NCBI GenBank assembly: GCA_013239625.1
Contig: MU054187.1
Location: 6,397,757-6,461,756 of the forward strand
Direction of reading: 5' to 3'
DNA from: Lama guanicoe
Taxonomy: Eukaryota
Length of the DNA: 64,000 bases
This document shows, one piece after another, positions 26,410 through 38,788 of this stretch (the stretch's first letter is position 1; the number at the start of each line of letters is the position of its first letter). The position numbers and the translations under genes were made by a program. The notes below the pieces were generated by a model that did no database searches, was not told the origin of the DNA, and saw only the letters and a list, made by a program, of their open reading frames with translations.

Positions 26410-27376
26410 ATGAAAGCTTTTTAAGACAGAAGGAAAAAATTCTACATTTCCAATTTGAGAGACATGGGTGATAACTACTAACTTTGACTACAGTGAACAT
26501 AATCTCTGGGTTTGTTTTGGCTTTAGAAGTGTTGCAAGTGGAGGGAGCAGAGATGTTTACTGAAGAAAAACTAATATGTTCCAGAAATAAAAAAGAAGAA
26601 GCTGGTCAAACAATAATTTTTAAAAAACCTACTAGCTCTTTCCAAGATAGCTAAATCCATCAGTGAAGAATAGACGTTACTTTTAAAAGGAAAAGCAGCC
26701 CACAATTTATTGTTCGAAGGCATTATTAGCAGTCGTGTTTTTGAAGAGTGACTGCATCCTTGCCTTGGAACATATAAGATACTCAAAACATATATTTTTA
26801 ATTAAAACAAAAATTTCAGATTTTAAGACCCATGAATCTTTCTACGTGAGCCTTGGCCCTGAAAGCTGGAAAGTATTCCTCACAAGCAGCACCTTAGTTT
26901 TGCACATAGCTGATGTTGTTTTAACCTGATCAGAGTGAGTGCGGGAAGAAATATCAAACTCTTGACTTTCCTGTCTTGATGTCTTTCTTCTCGCAACAGT
27001 ATTTGATACAGAACTGAGTTGGCCCTTAAAAATCAATCAAATTTGAGACAGTAATCTTCTTCATGCTGACTTTTTATCAAAATCAGCTCCTCTTCACTGG
27101 CAATCATACAGGCATCCTGTGGTGTGAACCCTTCATTTAAATACCGGACCCTGAGAAAGAGGCTCAGAGGAGGGTGGATGGGTGTTGGGGGAACGTAACA
27201 GGTTCTATTTGCAATCACTGGTGTGGTGTCCGCAAATGATAATTCATGTCCATCCAGTGAGGACATCTGAAGGCCCTGAGGTCTAAAGATGGCACAGCTG
27301 AGGTAATGAGTTTCCCTTTGGGAAACAGTTAGAATACATGAGAGCTCCTTTCTGAAGATCTGGAGTTTTAGAGTTA

Positions 27377-27855
27377 CGGTAGTCCCCCTTTATCTGTGGT
27401 TTCTCCTTCTGTGGTTTCAGTTACCTTGGGTCACCCACGGTCTAAAAATATTAAACAGAAAATTCCAGAAATAAACAACTCACAGGTTGTACGTTGTGCG
27501 CGGTTCTGAGTAGCGTGATGGGTCTTGCTCCTTTCCGCCCTGGATGGGAATCACCGCTTTGTCAAGCATATCCCAATTAGTCATTTAGTAGCCGCTGGGT
27601 TATCAGATCGACTGACACTGTCCAGCAGTGCTTATGTTCAAGTAACCCTGATTTTACTTAATAACGGCCCCAAAGTGCAAGAGAAGGGATGCTGGCAGCT
27701 TGGATATTCTCTCACGGTGCCTCATAAACTAAACGTCACCATAGGTATTGTCAATAGGAGAAAACATAGTATATTTAGGGTTTGGGATCACCCAAGCTCT
27801 CAGGCATCCACTGGGGGTCTTGGAATGTATCGCCCACAGATAAGGGGGGATACTG
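27377..27855 (+). mobile_element. MER44-like (Tigger7-derived) DNA transposon
   Basis: Terminal inverted repeats CGGTAGTCCCCCTTTATCTGTGG ... CCACAGATAAGGGGGGATACTG, preceded by TA. Internal AAATTCCAGAAATAAACAA and GGCCCCAAAGTGCAAGAG. Confidence 0.88.
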
Positions 27856-29116
27856 TCTCAGAAGAACACCTGTCACATTATGAAAACCTGTTTTTCCTTG
27901 CTCAGCTTCAGTGTTCAATGTAGCTTCTCAGAAGCAGGTCAATATTATATCAGTGCCTGGCTCTAACAGATAAATTCTGATAGCGGATGAAAGGCTCACT
28001 ACAAAAGGCAGTGTTACCACCACGATGTCCCTGTGTGTCCTTAGGTGGATAGATGTACCCTAATAAATGAACAGCGAGGCTGACTGCCTTAAAAAACGAG
28101 AGTCTGTCTCAGACAACGAGTGCCATATTGAGTGAATTCTCACTAAGAATAAAGTCCACTTAGATGTGAGGAACTAGCCTTTCAAGGATTAGGTGAGAGA
28201 TGCTGTTCCTTTGTTGTGTGAGAGATTTTACAGTCTTTCTGATCAGGCACACAGCTGTGAAACCTGAATCTGGGAAACGGCGCAATCACATTTCTAGCAA
28301 ACCTTTGATCTACCCTGGGCTGAAACCACACCATTCCATTTTCATGAGAACTCACTGCTACTTGCTTCATTATAAGCATTTTGTCACATTTCCCTCTGTT
28401 TAAAGAATCCAACTTAAAGAAAAATATCTTGAAGGGACATGAGTCATACTTTTTATACAAATCCCAGTTTTGGCTTTGGCCAAAAAATTAGTAGTTATTT
28501 TCCATAAATTTGACGCAGTCATTCTCATGTTTACCTTTCTGCCATTATGATCACATCCAAAACAAGACACCAAGGGGGGTGTTTATGCTGCTCTTTGGCA
28601 AAAGTCAGGTGCAAAGGAATGAGTTATTTTGAGACATTTTATATTGCATGACTGGTACCCAAATGTTAAATTTTTACAGTTCAGAGATGTCAAGGTAAAG
28701 TAATGTGAGAGAGGTTTTCCTGAACACAGGACTGTCGGTGCTGAAACGGAAATGCTGGGCCGACCTGCACTAAGACAGTGAGTAGGACAGCGAATCAGCA
28801 AGGATCCAGACAGAGAAATCCGATTGGAAGAGGAGCTGTTAGCGTTTGGAAAGAAAATATATGGAAATATGATACCAGAAGTGGTGTAAAGATAAAAAAC
28901 TAGCACCCTGAGAGGTTGAGGAGGTCTGTGGGATTCTGTGTTTAGTTCCAAATAGAAGTGACTTTTCTGAGAAACATCCGTTCCCAGGTTCCCTGAATTT
29001 CCATGAGTGAGTTAAAGCCAACAGCTAAGTGGTTTGTCTCATCCACTCAGTCATTAATTTATTCAAAATATTTATTGAGTTTTTTTTTCCTATGTCAGAC
29101 ACTGTCAACAGAAATA

Positions 29117-29316
29117 CAGTCATTCTTTGGTGTCCTCAGGGGATCGGTTCCAGGACCCGCCCTGGATATCAAAATCCCTGGACACTCCAGTCCCAGAGTC
29201 CGTCCCAGTATTCGCGGCTCTGCATCGTGGATTCACCCAGCCTAGGATGGCGTGGAGCATATCCGCATATAAGAGGACCTGCCCAGATGAAACACGTGTT
29301 GTTCAAGGGTCAACTG
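29117..29316 (+). mobile_element. MER8/Tigger2-like MITE
   Basis: TA|CAGTCATTCTTTGGTG...GGTTCCAGGACCC...GTGTTGTTCAAGGGTCAACTG resembles MER8. Confidence 0.8.
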
Positions 29317-29959
29317 TGCACCGGAGAAGGAGCAGCATTCCCCCCCATGGACAGGTTTACACTCACAGCGCTGAGACTGGCCCTCACGGAGCCCTCACCT
29401 CACGCCGCGCCCGCCTGTGTTCTCATTTTATTCCCCAGGATAACTCTAATTACTGAATCTAATTAGTTCACCTTTTAGGTAGAGAAACAGAGGCTCAGAG
29501 ACCAAGGAACTGGCCCAAGGCAGAACGATGGGATTTAAGCCACTGGAGTCTGAAATGAAAGCTCGGGGATGCCAGGCTAAACCCGCGGGTGGGAGAGTTC
29601 TGATCCTTGAAGCAAGACCCTGGATTCAATAAACAGCTGAGTGGTGGCGCATTTGCGCAGTGCCTGGCTCATTGCTAACAGCCTTCACGTACTGGGGGCC
29701 TCTTATTAATGTTTACATCAGCAAGGAGGGGAACGCCGAGCCCTCTGGAAATGACCTTCCTCTCTAAGATGTGCAAAGCTCCAGAGAATAAACTAAGGAG
29801 GTGGTGGGTGGGGGTCTGTGACAGATGGGTCCTTACAGACTGTTTGCTAACCCCGGACAGAGACTAGCACAGGCCTGTGTCTGCTTTGCTTTATTTTGGG
29901 GGGATAAGTTAAATATCACAAGTGTTAATATTCGCAGAAGGGCAGCATCTAGCACAGAC

Positions 29960-30175
29960 GGTCCAGGTCTGGAGCCCAGCTCTCCTACCCTCTGGCTGTG
30001 TGGCCTTGGGCCTGTGACTAACCTCTCTGAACTTCAATAACCTCATCTATAAAATGATCATGGGAAAGACAGCATCCTCCTTAGAGGTGATTAGGAGGTA
30101 TCCATCAGGTAATAGTAAAAAAGCACAGTGTAATCTCTGGAACACAGTAAGTACTGTTTAAGTGTTAGCTGTAAG
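29960..30175 (+). mobile_element. MIR SINE
   Basis: GGCTGTGTGGCCTTGGG...AACCTCTCTGAACTTCA...CCTCATCTATAAAATG matches MIR. Confidence 0.7.
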
Positions 30176-30469
30176 TATTCAAGTACATCCAAAGTGTATT
30201 GTAAGGCAAATGTTATCTTTACTATTTAAATTAATCTTAATTGTGTACTTTGTAATTTGCTCTTTTTGTTTGCCTTCCCTTCTTCCAGTTCATCTTCCTT
30301 AGGCTTTCTATTTGGGTTGAGCAGGATGAGCCACTTGGTTTAGTATGTAAAACTGGACAATGTCATTTACTGAGACCCAGGATCCAGAAAAGCTGTTTGA
30401 ATTCACAGGGCCAGCTGGACCAGGTCCCATGACAGAGTCCACTAAGTCCCTTGCTTCCACTAAAAAGGA

Positions 30470-30630
30470 CTTTAGAATCACTGGGGAGGTTAAAACATAC
30501 TGATGCTCAGGTCTTCCCAGAGCAATGAAATTAGAATCTCTTGAGAGTAGGGACTGAGTCTCACTCGTGTGTTTTTTTTAAGAGCCCCAGCTAACTCTGA
30601 TGTGTTGTCAAGATTGAGACCCACTGCTCT
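30470..30630. mobile_element. MER5-like hAT-Charlie MITE
   Basis: TAGAATCACTGGGGAG...AATTAGAATCTCT...TTGAGACCCACTG resembles MER5. Confidence 0.6.
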
Positions 30631-30759
30631 AAAGTAAACCCACCCCGGTAACTCCCTCACCCACTTGGTAAGAGAGGGTTTTCATCTCCTGAGTGTAACA
30701 GATGCTTTTGGAATTCACCTCCTGGATTATTTAAGGTGCTGTGGGTGGCAGATAACAGA

Positions 30760-30915
30760 AAATCCGGCAGCATCAGGATCTCCACCCGGAAACTTGTTGG
30801 AAATGCAAGCTCTCAGGCCCCGCCCCAGACAACTGAATCAGAAACTGGGGGTTCAAACTGAACAAGCTCTCCAGGTGATGGCTGTGCACACTCAAGTGTG
30901 AGAATCTGGCTTAGA
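30760..30915. mobile_element. MER5A-like hAT-Charlie MITE
   Basis: GGCAGCATCAG...GAAACTTGTTGGAAATGCAAGCTCTCAGGCCCCGCCCCAGAC...TGAATCAGAAACT matches MER5A. Confidence 0.75.
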
Positions 30916-31969
30916 CCAGTATGGGCCCACACCTAGAAATGAGGCCAGGGCCACCTCATTCAAACCATGCAAGATCTTCACAATGCAGGGATGGGTGTGT
31001 GTGAAGGTGGATGTGGTGGAGGTGGTCATGATGACTTCTGGCATATATTTTGCTGCCATCACATTAGATGCTTCCAGATCCTTGTGGTCAAAGGAACAGC
31101 CAAAGAAGGAGCCCTGAGAAAAGTCTGAGGATAATTTAAAAGTATAGTTTGCATTGGGGAGCTCCAGTCAGCTACACGAAAGATGTCTGTTTAACATTTG
31201 GGTCGGCCTCATTTGGGACTTTTGGAGAGTTTTGAAACCTTTTAGAATAAGAAGCTGGGGTCAAAATGCATTCTTACTGAACCTCCACTTTTTTCCAGAT
31301 CAGTTTCCTTCATTTGAAAGATCCATCCACATGGGAATTCTACTGAGTGGGAGCTGCAACCCAGATCTGCAGTGCTGGCTCGGTTTTTGGAGGCCACCAT
31401 GATATAATTCATAGTCTCTTTAATATAAACGTATGAATATCATGTGAAAAAAATACGAATATTCATGGATCTAGAAACTTTCTTAGAGAGCCTCCCCACA
31501 ACTCGCATATCAGTCTTTGGATATCCTTTGCCCCGGACTTTTTGACCCAACGTCGAAAACATAGCAGTTACTATGACGACTATCTGGCAGTCTCTTTACA
31601 TCTTCCCTCCTGTAAGTGAGGCCTCCTGAGCAAAGTGTAACAGCATTAATTATATTATTCACTGAGAGCCTGCATTAAAATAAACACATGTGATCATCTC
31701 TTTAGCTCTCTGCTTAATGTTTGGAATTTTCTTTATTTTTAGTCTTGGTTTCCTAGACTCTTTGGAAAGTAAAGTAGTCTGTAAAAACTGTATAACCACG
31801 TGCAGCTTTAACAGAGGGTAAAGTACTATGGCTATTTTCTAGCCTGCCTGAAGAAGATAGTAATCGTTCTACTATCTTCCAGAAAAATCATTACTTATTA
31901 ATCAAATGACAGACTCCTTAGCACACAACTGAACATCTGAAGGTTTGGGCCTTTATAAAGAAACCGCTT

Positions 31970-33290
31970 AGCCCTCACACCATACCCCAAAATAAACTCA
32001 AAATGGCCTCAAGACTTAAATACATGACATGACACTATAAAATTCCTATTAGCGAACACAGGCACATAGGCAGAACATTCTCGAACATGAATTGTAGCAC
32101 TTGTTTTCTTAGGTCAGTCTCCCAAGGCAATAGACATAAAAGCAAAAATAAACAAATGGGACCTAATTAAACTTATAAGCTTTTGCACAGTAAAAGAAAC
32201 CACAAACAAAATGAAAAAAGCCTATGGACTGGGAGAAAACATTTGCAAAGGATGCAACTGATGAGGGCTTAATTTCCAAAATATACAAACAGTTCCTACA
32301 GCTCAATATCAAAAAAGCAAACAACCCAATCCAAAAAATGGGCAAGACCTAAATAGAGATTTCTCCAGAGAAGCCATACGGATGAGCAATGGCCACAAGA
32401 AAAGATGCTCAACATCACTGATTATTTGAGAAACACAAATCAAAGCTGCAGTGAGGTATCTCCTGATACCGACCAGTCAGAACGGCCATCATTAAAACGT
32501 CTACAAACCAATGCCGGAGAGGGTGTGGGAAAAGGGAGCCTTCCTACACTGTTGGAGGAAATGCAAATTGGTGCAGCTACTATGGAAAACAGTATGGAGG
32601 ATCCTTAAAAAACTAAAAATAGACTTGCCATATGACCCAGCAGTCCCACTCCTGAGCATATATCTGGAAAAAACAAAGGCTTTAATTTGAAAAAGATACA
32701 TGCACCCCACTGCTCATAGCAGCACTATTTACAATAGCCAAGACATGGAAGCAACCTAAATGTCCATCAACAGATGATTGGATAAAGAAGATGTGGTATA
32801 GATAGATAGATATAAACAATACTTCTGAATATCACTCAGCCATAAAAAGAATGAAATAATGCTATTGGCTGCAACACAGATGGACCTAGAGATTACCACA
32901 GTAAATGAAGTCAGTCAGACAGACAAATATTACGTGACATCACTTGTATGTGGAACCTAAAAAAATAGTACAAATGAACTTATTTACAAAACAGAAACAG
33001 ACTCACAGACATAGAGAACAAACTTACGGTTACCAAACGGGAAGCAGTGTTGGGGGGAGGGATAAATCGGGTGTATGGGAGTAACAGACACACACTACTA
33101 GATATAAAATAGGCAAACAACAAGGATTTACTGTATAGCACAGGAAACTATATTCAGTATCTTGTAATAACTTATAACGGAAAGAATAAAAAATAATACA
33201 GACACATACATATGTACACGTAACTGAATCACTTTGCTGTACACCTGAAACAAACACAGTAACTAAATCAACTACACTGCAAAAAAATAA
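31970..33290 (+). mobile_element. 5'-truncated L1 (about 1.3 kb): ORF2 C-terminus remnant plus 3'UTR
   Basis: ORF2-end motifs (AAATGGGACCTAATTAAACTT, TATGGAAAACAGTATGGAG, GCAACCTAAATGTCCATCAACAGATGA) carry frameshifts, followed by 3'UTR and an A-rich tail. Confidence 0.93.
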
Positions 33291-35084
33291 TTGCTTAAGA
33301 GGGAATTGTGCACATTCTTCTCTCTCCACTAAGTGAGAAAATTAGAAAATAGGAGATACTAGTTTATCCACCAGACAAATTATGCTAAAGCTTTTCATTT
33401 TTATATTTCAGTAGGTTACATGAGAATTTACAGAGTGTCGACATATTCTGAATCGATTTGTACTGTGAGGCACTCAGGATTGCTAGACATTTGTCATTTA
33501 CGTGTATGAACTTTGTGGGGGACAAACATGGGATGGACTTATTTTTCGTATTTTCCTTCCCATCCTGGCTGTCAGCCACTCCTCATCAGCCATTTCTCCT
33601 TCCTTAATGAAGTCTCAGGGAGAGCCCATCACTTTTTGTAACTTTCAGTTATTTGAAAAATCCAGGTTGGTATAGTCTAGCTGAAAACTTCAAACTCATT
33701 CCTGGCTTAATGCTTAGCTCTTTTCCGTCTCCCAGAACCAGACCTCCTCCCAGCCTGCCTCCAGCACTGCCTCAGTCTCTCGGAGCCGGGGTCTCCCCTC
33801 CCCTCCAGGCAGCCTGTCCCCTTAGTGGGGGAAAGGACAGTTCTCACCCACAGTGTCCATTCAACCCGGGGGCATACGCCCATCCTCACTCCGCCCTGGG
33901 CCTGCCCTCACTCCATCCTTTGCCTGGCGGGGGGCGCGGTCTGTTGCCCAGGCCTGCGCAAGGCTGACGTCCAACTGTGGGTTGAGACGCCAGCCCCTTC
34001 TCTCTGCACACTCAGTATTCGGTTTGCTTTCCTTGGAGACTTTCTCTCTTTCTGAGAAGATCCCCCAAAGAGAGAAAGGAAATGACTGGAGGTGTGCGAC
34101 TCTCCCTGGGGGTAAGTGATACTCTTTTCCTCTCTCTGTACCCGACTCTGGAAGGTGTAGGTGACAGGCCAGGGTGGCAGCTGGACAGATAACCGAGACG
34201 GTGGATTACTTCTTCGTAAACCATGGAGGGGTGTCTACCCCACAGTTATAGATAATTTCCTTGAGAATGGGGGCGCAGGTGACACCCCTTTACTTTAGTT
34301 TTTTGTCCCAGCCACCCATCTGAGGCAACAGGAAAAGGACCACTCGGCATCCTGTTACCTGTACCAGCTCCCTGGGGGTGGCTTCAGTCCAGCAGCGCTG
34401 ACCCTGGTGCAGAAATCTCTTCCAACCAGGAAGTGGGGAACTGGGTGGCTGGATCCTGCCCAGGGCATTGGCTGGACCGTGCTGGCATCCTGGCTGGGGG
34501 GACACAGCCGGATCTGACTAGCGCTGACATCCTCTGTCCTCCTCTTCCTGCTGGAGAGTCAGCTTGGCATGGGAGAGCCCGGTGTCTGTGCATGAGTAAC
34601 AGCAGATAATGACTCCAAGGGAAGAGGTGAATGATCCCTGCTGGGCCCATCTGTATCGATAGAGCGCGTACGTGCCTTTTATCTGAGTCAAGGCAGGCAG
34701 GGGCCCAAAGAACGTTTGAGCTTTGCTTTCATTCAGCTGCTCCAGCAGGAGGGAGCATGTGCCTCCCCAGCGGCCCCACCCGACTGGAGAGCTGGGGGGG
34801 GTGCGGGGGTCCCGGCACTTCAGGAAGAACTCTTCAGCATCAGTGACAGACTGCGCTAACGGCTCACCGTTGGCTGCCCCTGCTCCCGCGGTGCAGAGAA
34901 CGGTGCCTGCCTCCTCCCCAGAAGGGTGTGTGAGTGTGTGAGTCCTCAGTGCCACAGGCGTGACCTTCACAGACAGCATTTAGAGAGAATCAGGTGGGAA
35001 GCAGCAGTCTCCCGTACTTCTGACAAATAGGAGTAGTTTATATCTGCAGGTGCTGTCTATACATTGGAATGTTAAAAATTAAAA

Positions 35085-35320
35085 AAATTTTTTATTGAAG
35101 TATATTCAGTTTATAATGTTGTGTCAATTGCTGGTGTCCAGCATAATGTTTCAGTCATACATCTACATACATATGTTTTCGTATTTCATATTCATGTTTT
35201 TCATTATAGGTTACTATGAGATATTGAATTCAGTTCCCTGTGCTATAAAGTAGAAACTTGTTTATCTATTTTATATGTAGTAGTTAGTATCTGCAAATCT
35301 CAAATTCCTGATTTATACCA
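35085..35320 (-). mobile_element. L1 3' end fragment
   Basis: TTTTTTATTGAAGTATA...GTTCCCTGTGCTATA is antisense L1 3'UTR. Confidence 0.85.
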
Positions 35321-37609
35321 GATTTCTGTGATAGGAGTTCAGGGTGCACAGCACGCAGACTCATGCACCTGTTCTCAAGGTGAGGTCAACTAGAAGCATG
35401 TCTCCAATCCCCAAAAGCTGGGGAGGGTCAATCAGGATGGGGTGGATAGACTTCCTGTCGCTGCACACACCATCTGATCTAATCCTCACAACCACCCTAA
35501 GTGATTGAATCCTTGGCTTCTCCCCATCTCTTCAGATGAGAAAGCTGAAGCTGAAGTTAGTATTCCTAACTTGTCCCAAATCACCTAGGTGGACAAGGAC
35601 AAGCCAGGGATCAGTCTTAAACCTTGTGATGCTGGCCGAGTCTTGAGCTGGCTAGCAGACGTGGGTCTCGGCAGGCAAATGAGGGCGCTCGGACCTCGCA
35701 GACCTCGGCATAAATGGCGCCATTTTTTGCTAGTTTTCATAGTTAGGTCTTTAAAAGAAAAATCAGAGCCGACAGATCCACTGCCTGAGGCTTACCCCCG
35801 CCCTAGCTCTCCAAGGAGCAGGCTGTCTTCTCTGCATGGGATGTGCAATTCTAGGCCACTTCGGAACGATTGCCGTTTCCCGGGGAAGAGCGAGGTGAGT
35901 GTTGTTTTTCACATGACCAGTGTAACTGCAGCTCAGAGGTGGACCTGGCTGCCACTCAAACAGGAAACGTCTAGGGAGCTGGGTAGAGGGAGGGACTCAG
36001 GACAAGAATTCGTGGAAAGAGCATCTCCATCATTCGGCTGTCCTACAAGCAATGACTATGCAGACGGTGGTTTCCAAGGTCAAAATCCAAGCATGTGAGC
36101 AGGACACAGGAATTCCAGTTGCCAGAGGACCTGGGGCTGCCTCCAGAGGGAACAGAGAAACGAGCTGTGGCTGCAAACAGACAGAGGTCTCCAACAGAAG
36201 CCCCTCGGAGCTGCACTGAGATGCCCCCCGCCCTTTTCGAGACGGTCTCAGGGGCGAGAATTGCAAATCACAGATGCATTCACCTGGTTCTGTGTTATTA
36301 TCAATACCTATGATTAAAGCTCAAGAAACTGGAACTCGAGTGGACACACCTTGTTGGTTTTGTTTTGTTCTATTCAAATTTAGCCCAAAACACCACTTAT
36401 TTTCTTAAAGCTTCTGAACATGTCTTGCCATGCAAAAAATAATAATAATTATAGATTTTGAGGGCAAGATTTTCTAGAAAGTAGAGGGGTGCGTGGGGGA
36501 AAGGAGATTTTTGGTTCATCTATGCACAGTTCCTCTTCCCAGGTTGATACCCACCAGGGTTGTTGAGAAAGAGAGACTTTGTTTGTTAGGATGTCAGAAC
36601 CCACAAACATCAGATGATTTGAACTGAAGGTTAATGTACGAATGCCTTGTTCCCTGGCACATCCCACGCCCTGACGCTGGACAGAATGTACCAGCCACTT
36701 CTTGTTGCTGGAATTAAAGACCATTGGGTCAGGATCTTCTGGGACTTTCCTTGTTTGTTTACAGTCCTGCCTCTGAGCCAGAAGCCCCGTCAACAAAGCG
36801 ATGTGTCATCTGGCATGTGGTCAGCTGGGCCTGGCACCCCAAGAAATCAGGTTTCAGGCCGATGAAAGCAGAGGCCGTGATCCAATCGGCTGAGACGGGC
36901 TATTGATGTCAGAATGTTTAGTGAGTCTCCTGGACCGCTTTCCACAGTTGGTGAAGAAGCAGAACTGTCAGAAATGAGTTGGCCGTGCCGTAAATCCCCA
37001 GCGCCTGAGCCAAGCTCCCTTCTGCTTGTCTTGGCTGTGCTGACCTGACGCTGACATGAGGCAAAATGCCTCCAAAGCCAAGCGCAGGGAGGGAAGTCAG
37101 CCAAGGGGGCAGGATGATCTTCAGGCCGGAAAAAGATGAAAGAGACCCCTGTGATGGATACGCACACAGTGGCTCAGGAAGGCAGTCGGCGTGGTGACAG
37201 CAGGCAGTGAGGGGCGGATGTGTTCAGCCCGGGCACCCCAGGGTCCCGAGGGAGAGCAGGTAGGTTTGTTTCCAGTGGCAGCAGGCCCTGGGAAGGCCCC
37301 CTTCCAAGATGTGGGGTGCGCTGACCTCCCTCACAGGCTGCCACTTGCTCAGACAACCCTCTGGGGCCCAGAAAGCCGACCAAGCACAGAGCTCTGGAGC
37401 CGAGAGTAAAACTTCACAAATGCAGCACTGGCACTGTTCCTCGGTGGACAGCCTCTTCTTTTTGTGAAACCCCATCTCTCGTCCCAGCGCTCCGCACCTG
37501 CTCTGTTCTTTAATAGCTCCCCAGGGCCTAGATCCAGCTGGGCTTCACTTACAAAAACAAGAAGGATTACAGATTTCTAAATAGAAATGACCACAGGGAT
37601 CATCTAGTT

Positions 37610-37720
37610 CACTGACCTCATTTTACAAATGAGGAAAGGGTGGCCAAAAGAGGCTGAGTCACTTCCCCAAGGTCACACAGCTTGAGCAGGGGAATCAGCT
37701 CCAGTGCGTGAGCCCTCACT
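37610..37720 (-). mobile_element. MIR fragment
   Basis: CATTTTACAAATGAGGAAA...CCCAAGGTCACACAGC matches antisense MIR. Confidence 0.7.
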
Positions 37721-38307
37721 TGGAAGACGAGAGGTCAGAGGAGCCAACACCTGCATCCTCGACACACTGTTCCCTCCAGCGCTGGTGGATGATGGACTGG
37801 AGGATAATTAATTAATGAACAAAGTGTTAAGTGTTACTAATATGGCCAGAGGACCCAGAAACACATAAATCCTGCCTTCCATTAATCAATTCTTTATATG
37901 AAGTCTGTAAGAGAAATATATCCACGAGACAATGATCAGTGAGGCAAAAGAGAATAATTTTTAATTAGCCCAGGCTCTGTTCCAAACCTAAGAATTCTAG
38001 CAAATTAAAGTCAAATCACAGGATGATGCCTGTTTCGGGCAGAGCTGGCCTAGGCAGCCATCCCCTGGCCAGCCCGATCAAGTCTATTTGCAGGAGGCTG
38101 TTGGAGATGCTTGGAGCAGGGGAGATGGAAGAGCCAGGTGGTCCATGGAGAAAGGAGTTTTCCTCTGTTCTGAAAATCTTGATGTCACAGAGCTGGACAT
38201 GAAAATGGACTCAGAGGCCTTTTTTTTTTTTCAAACTTCTTTAGTTAGCAATTTAAAAGATGAAGATGTTAAGGTCCAGGGAGGTAAAGTGACTCCTCTC
38301 TCCAGCC

Positions 38308-38788
38308 TTGACAAAACTCTGGGGCCCTCGGCAGACACGACCATTAAAAGAATGACACAGCAATTGAAGATTCAACTCCCAGTGGACCTGAGCTTCGTTA
38401 TGCGCTCGTTGTAATACATTAGCCGCTAAATGGCACTCCCACAGGTGCCATGGCAGTTCCTAGGCTGACCATGGGAGGTCTAAAAGTGGGTGGTGGCCCA
38501 ATACCTGGAAATCCCCACCCCCTCCCCAAAGTATTTGGACTAATTCTCCCACTTGTTGGTGTATGAAGTCACTGAGCCATAAAAACTAACACCCCCGCGC
38601 CTCGTGGTCGCTCTGTCTGGCCTTCTGGGATGGCCCGCACTCTGTCTATGGAGTGTGTATCTCTGAATAATTCTACCTTCACTCTACTGTGGCTCATTCT
38701 TGAGTCATTTCCTGCGGGAGGCCAAGGACCCTCACTTGACGGGGCAAATCCCAGGGACCACCCTCCTGCGCCCCATTTTCCTGTATCA
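38308..38788 (+). mobile_element. ERV1 solo LTR, MER41-like
   Basis: TAATACATTAGCCGCTAAATGGCACTCCCACAGGTGCCATGGCAGTT, GGTCTAAAAGTGGG, CTCTGTCTATGGAGT, CCAAGGACCCTC and the end TTTCCTGTATCA parallel MER41. The 5' boundary is uncertain. Confidence 0.7.

Noticed and set aside
26112..26471. ORF with a repeated 25-aa unit, or a CRISPR-like repeat
   Set aside because: It is fully explained by the 75-bp DNA duplication: two adjacent copies, no spacers, eukaryotic context.
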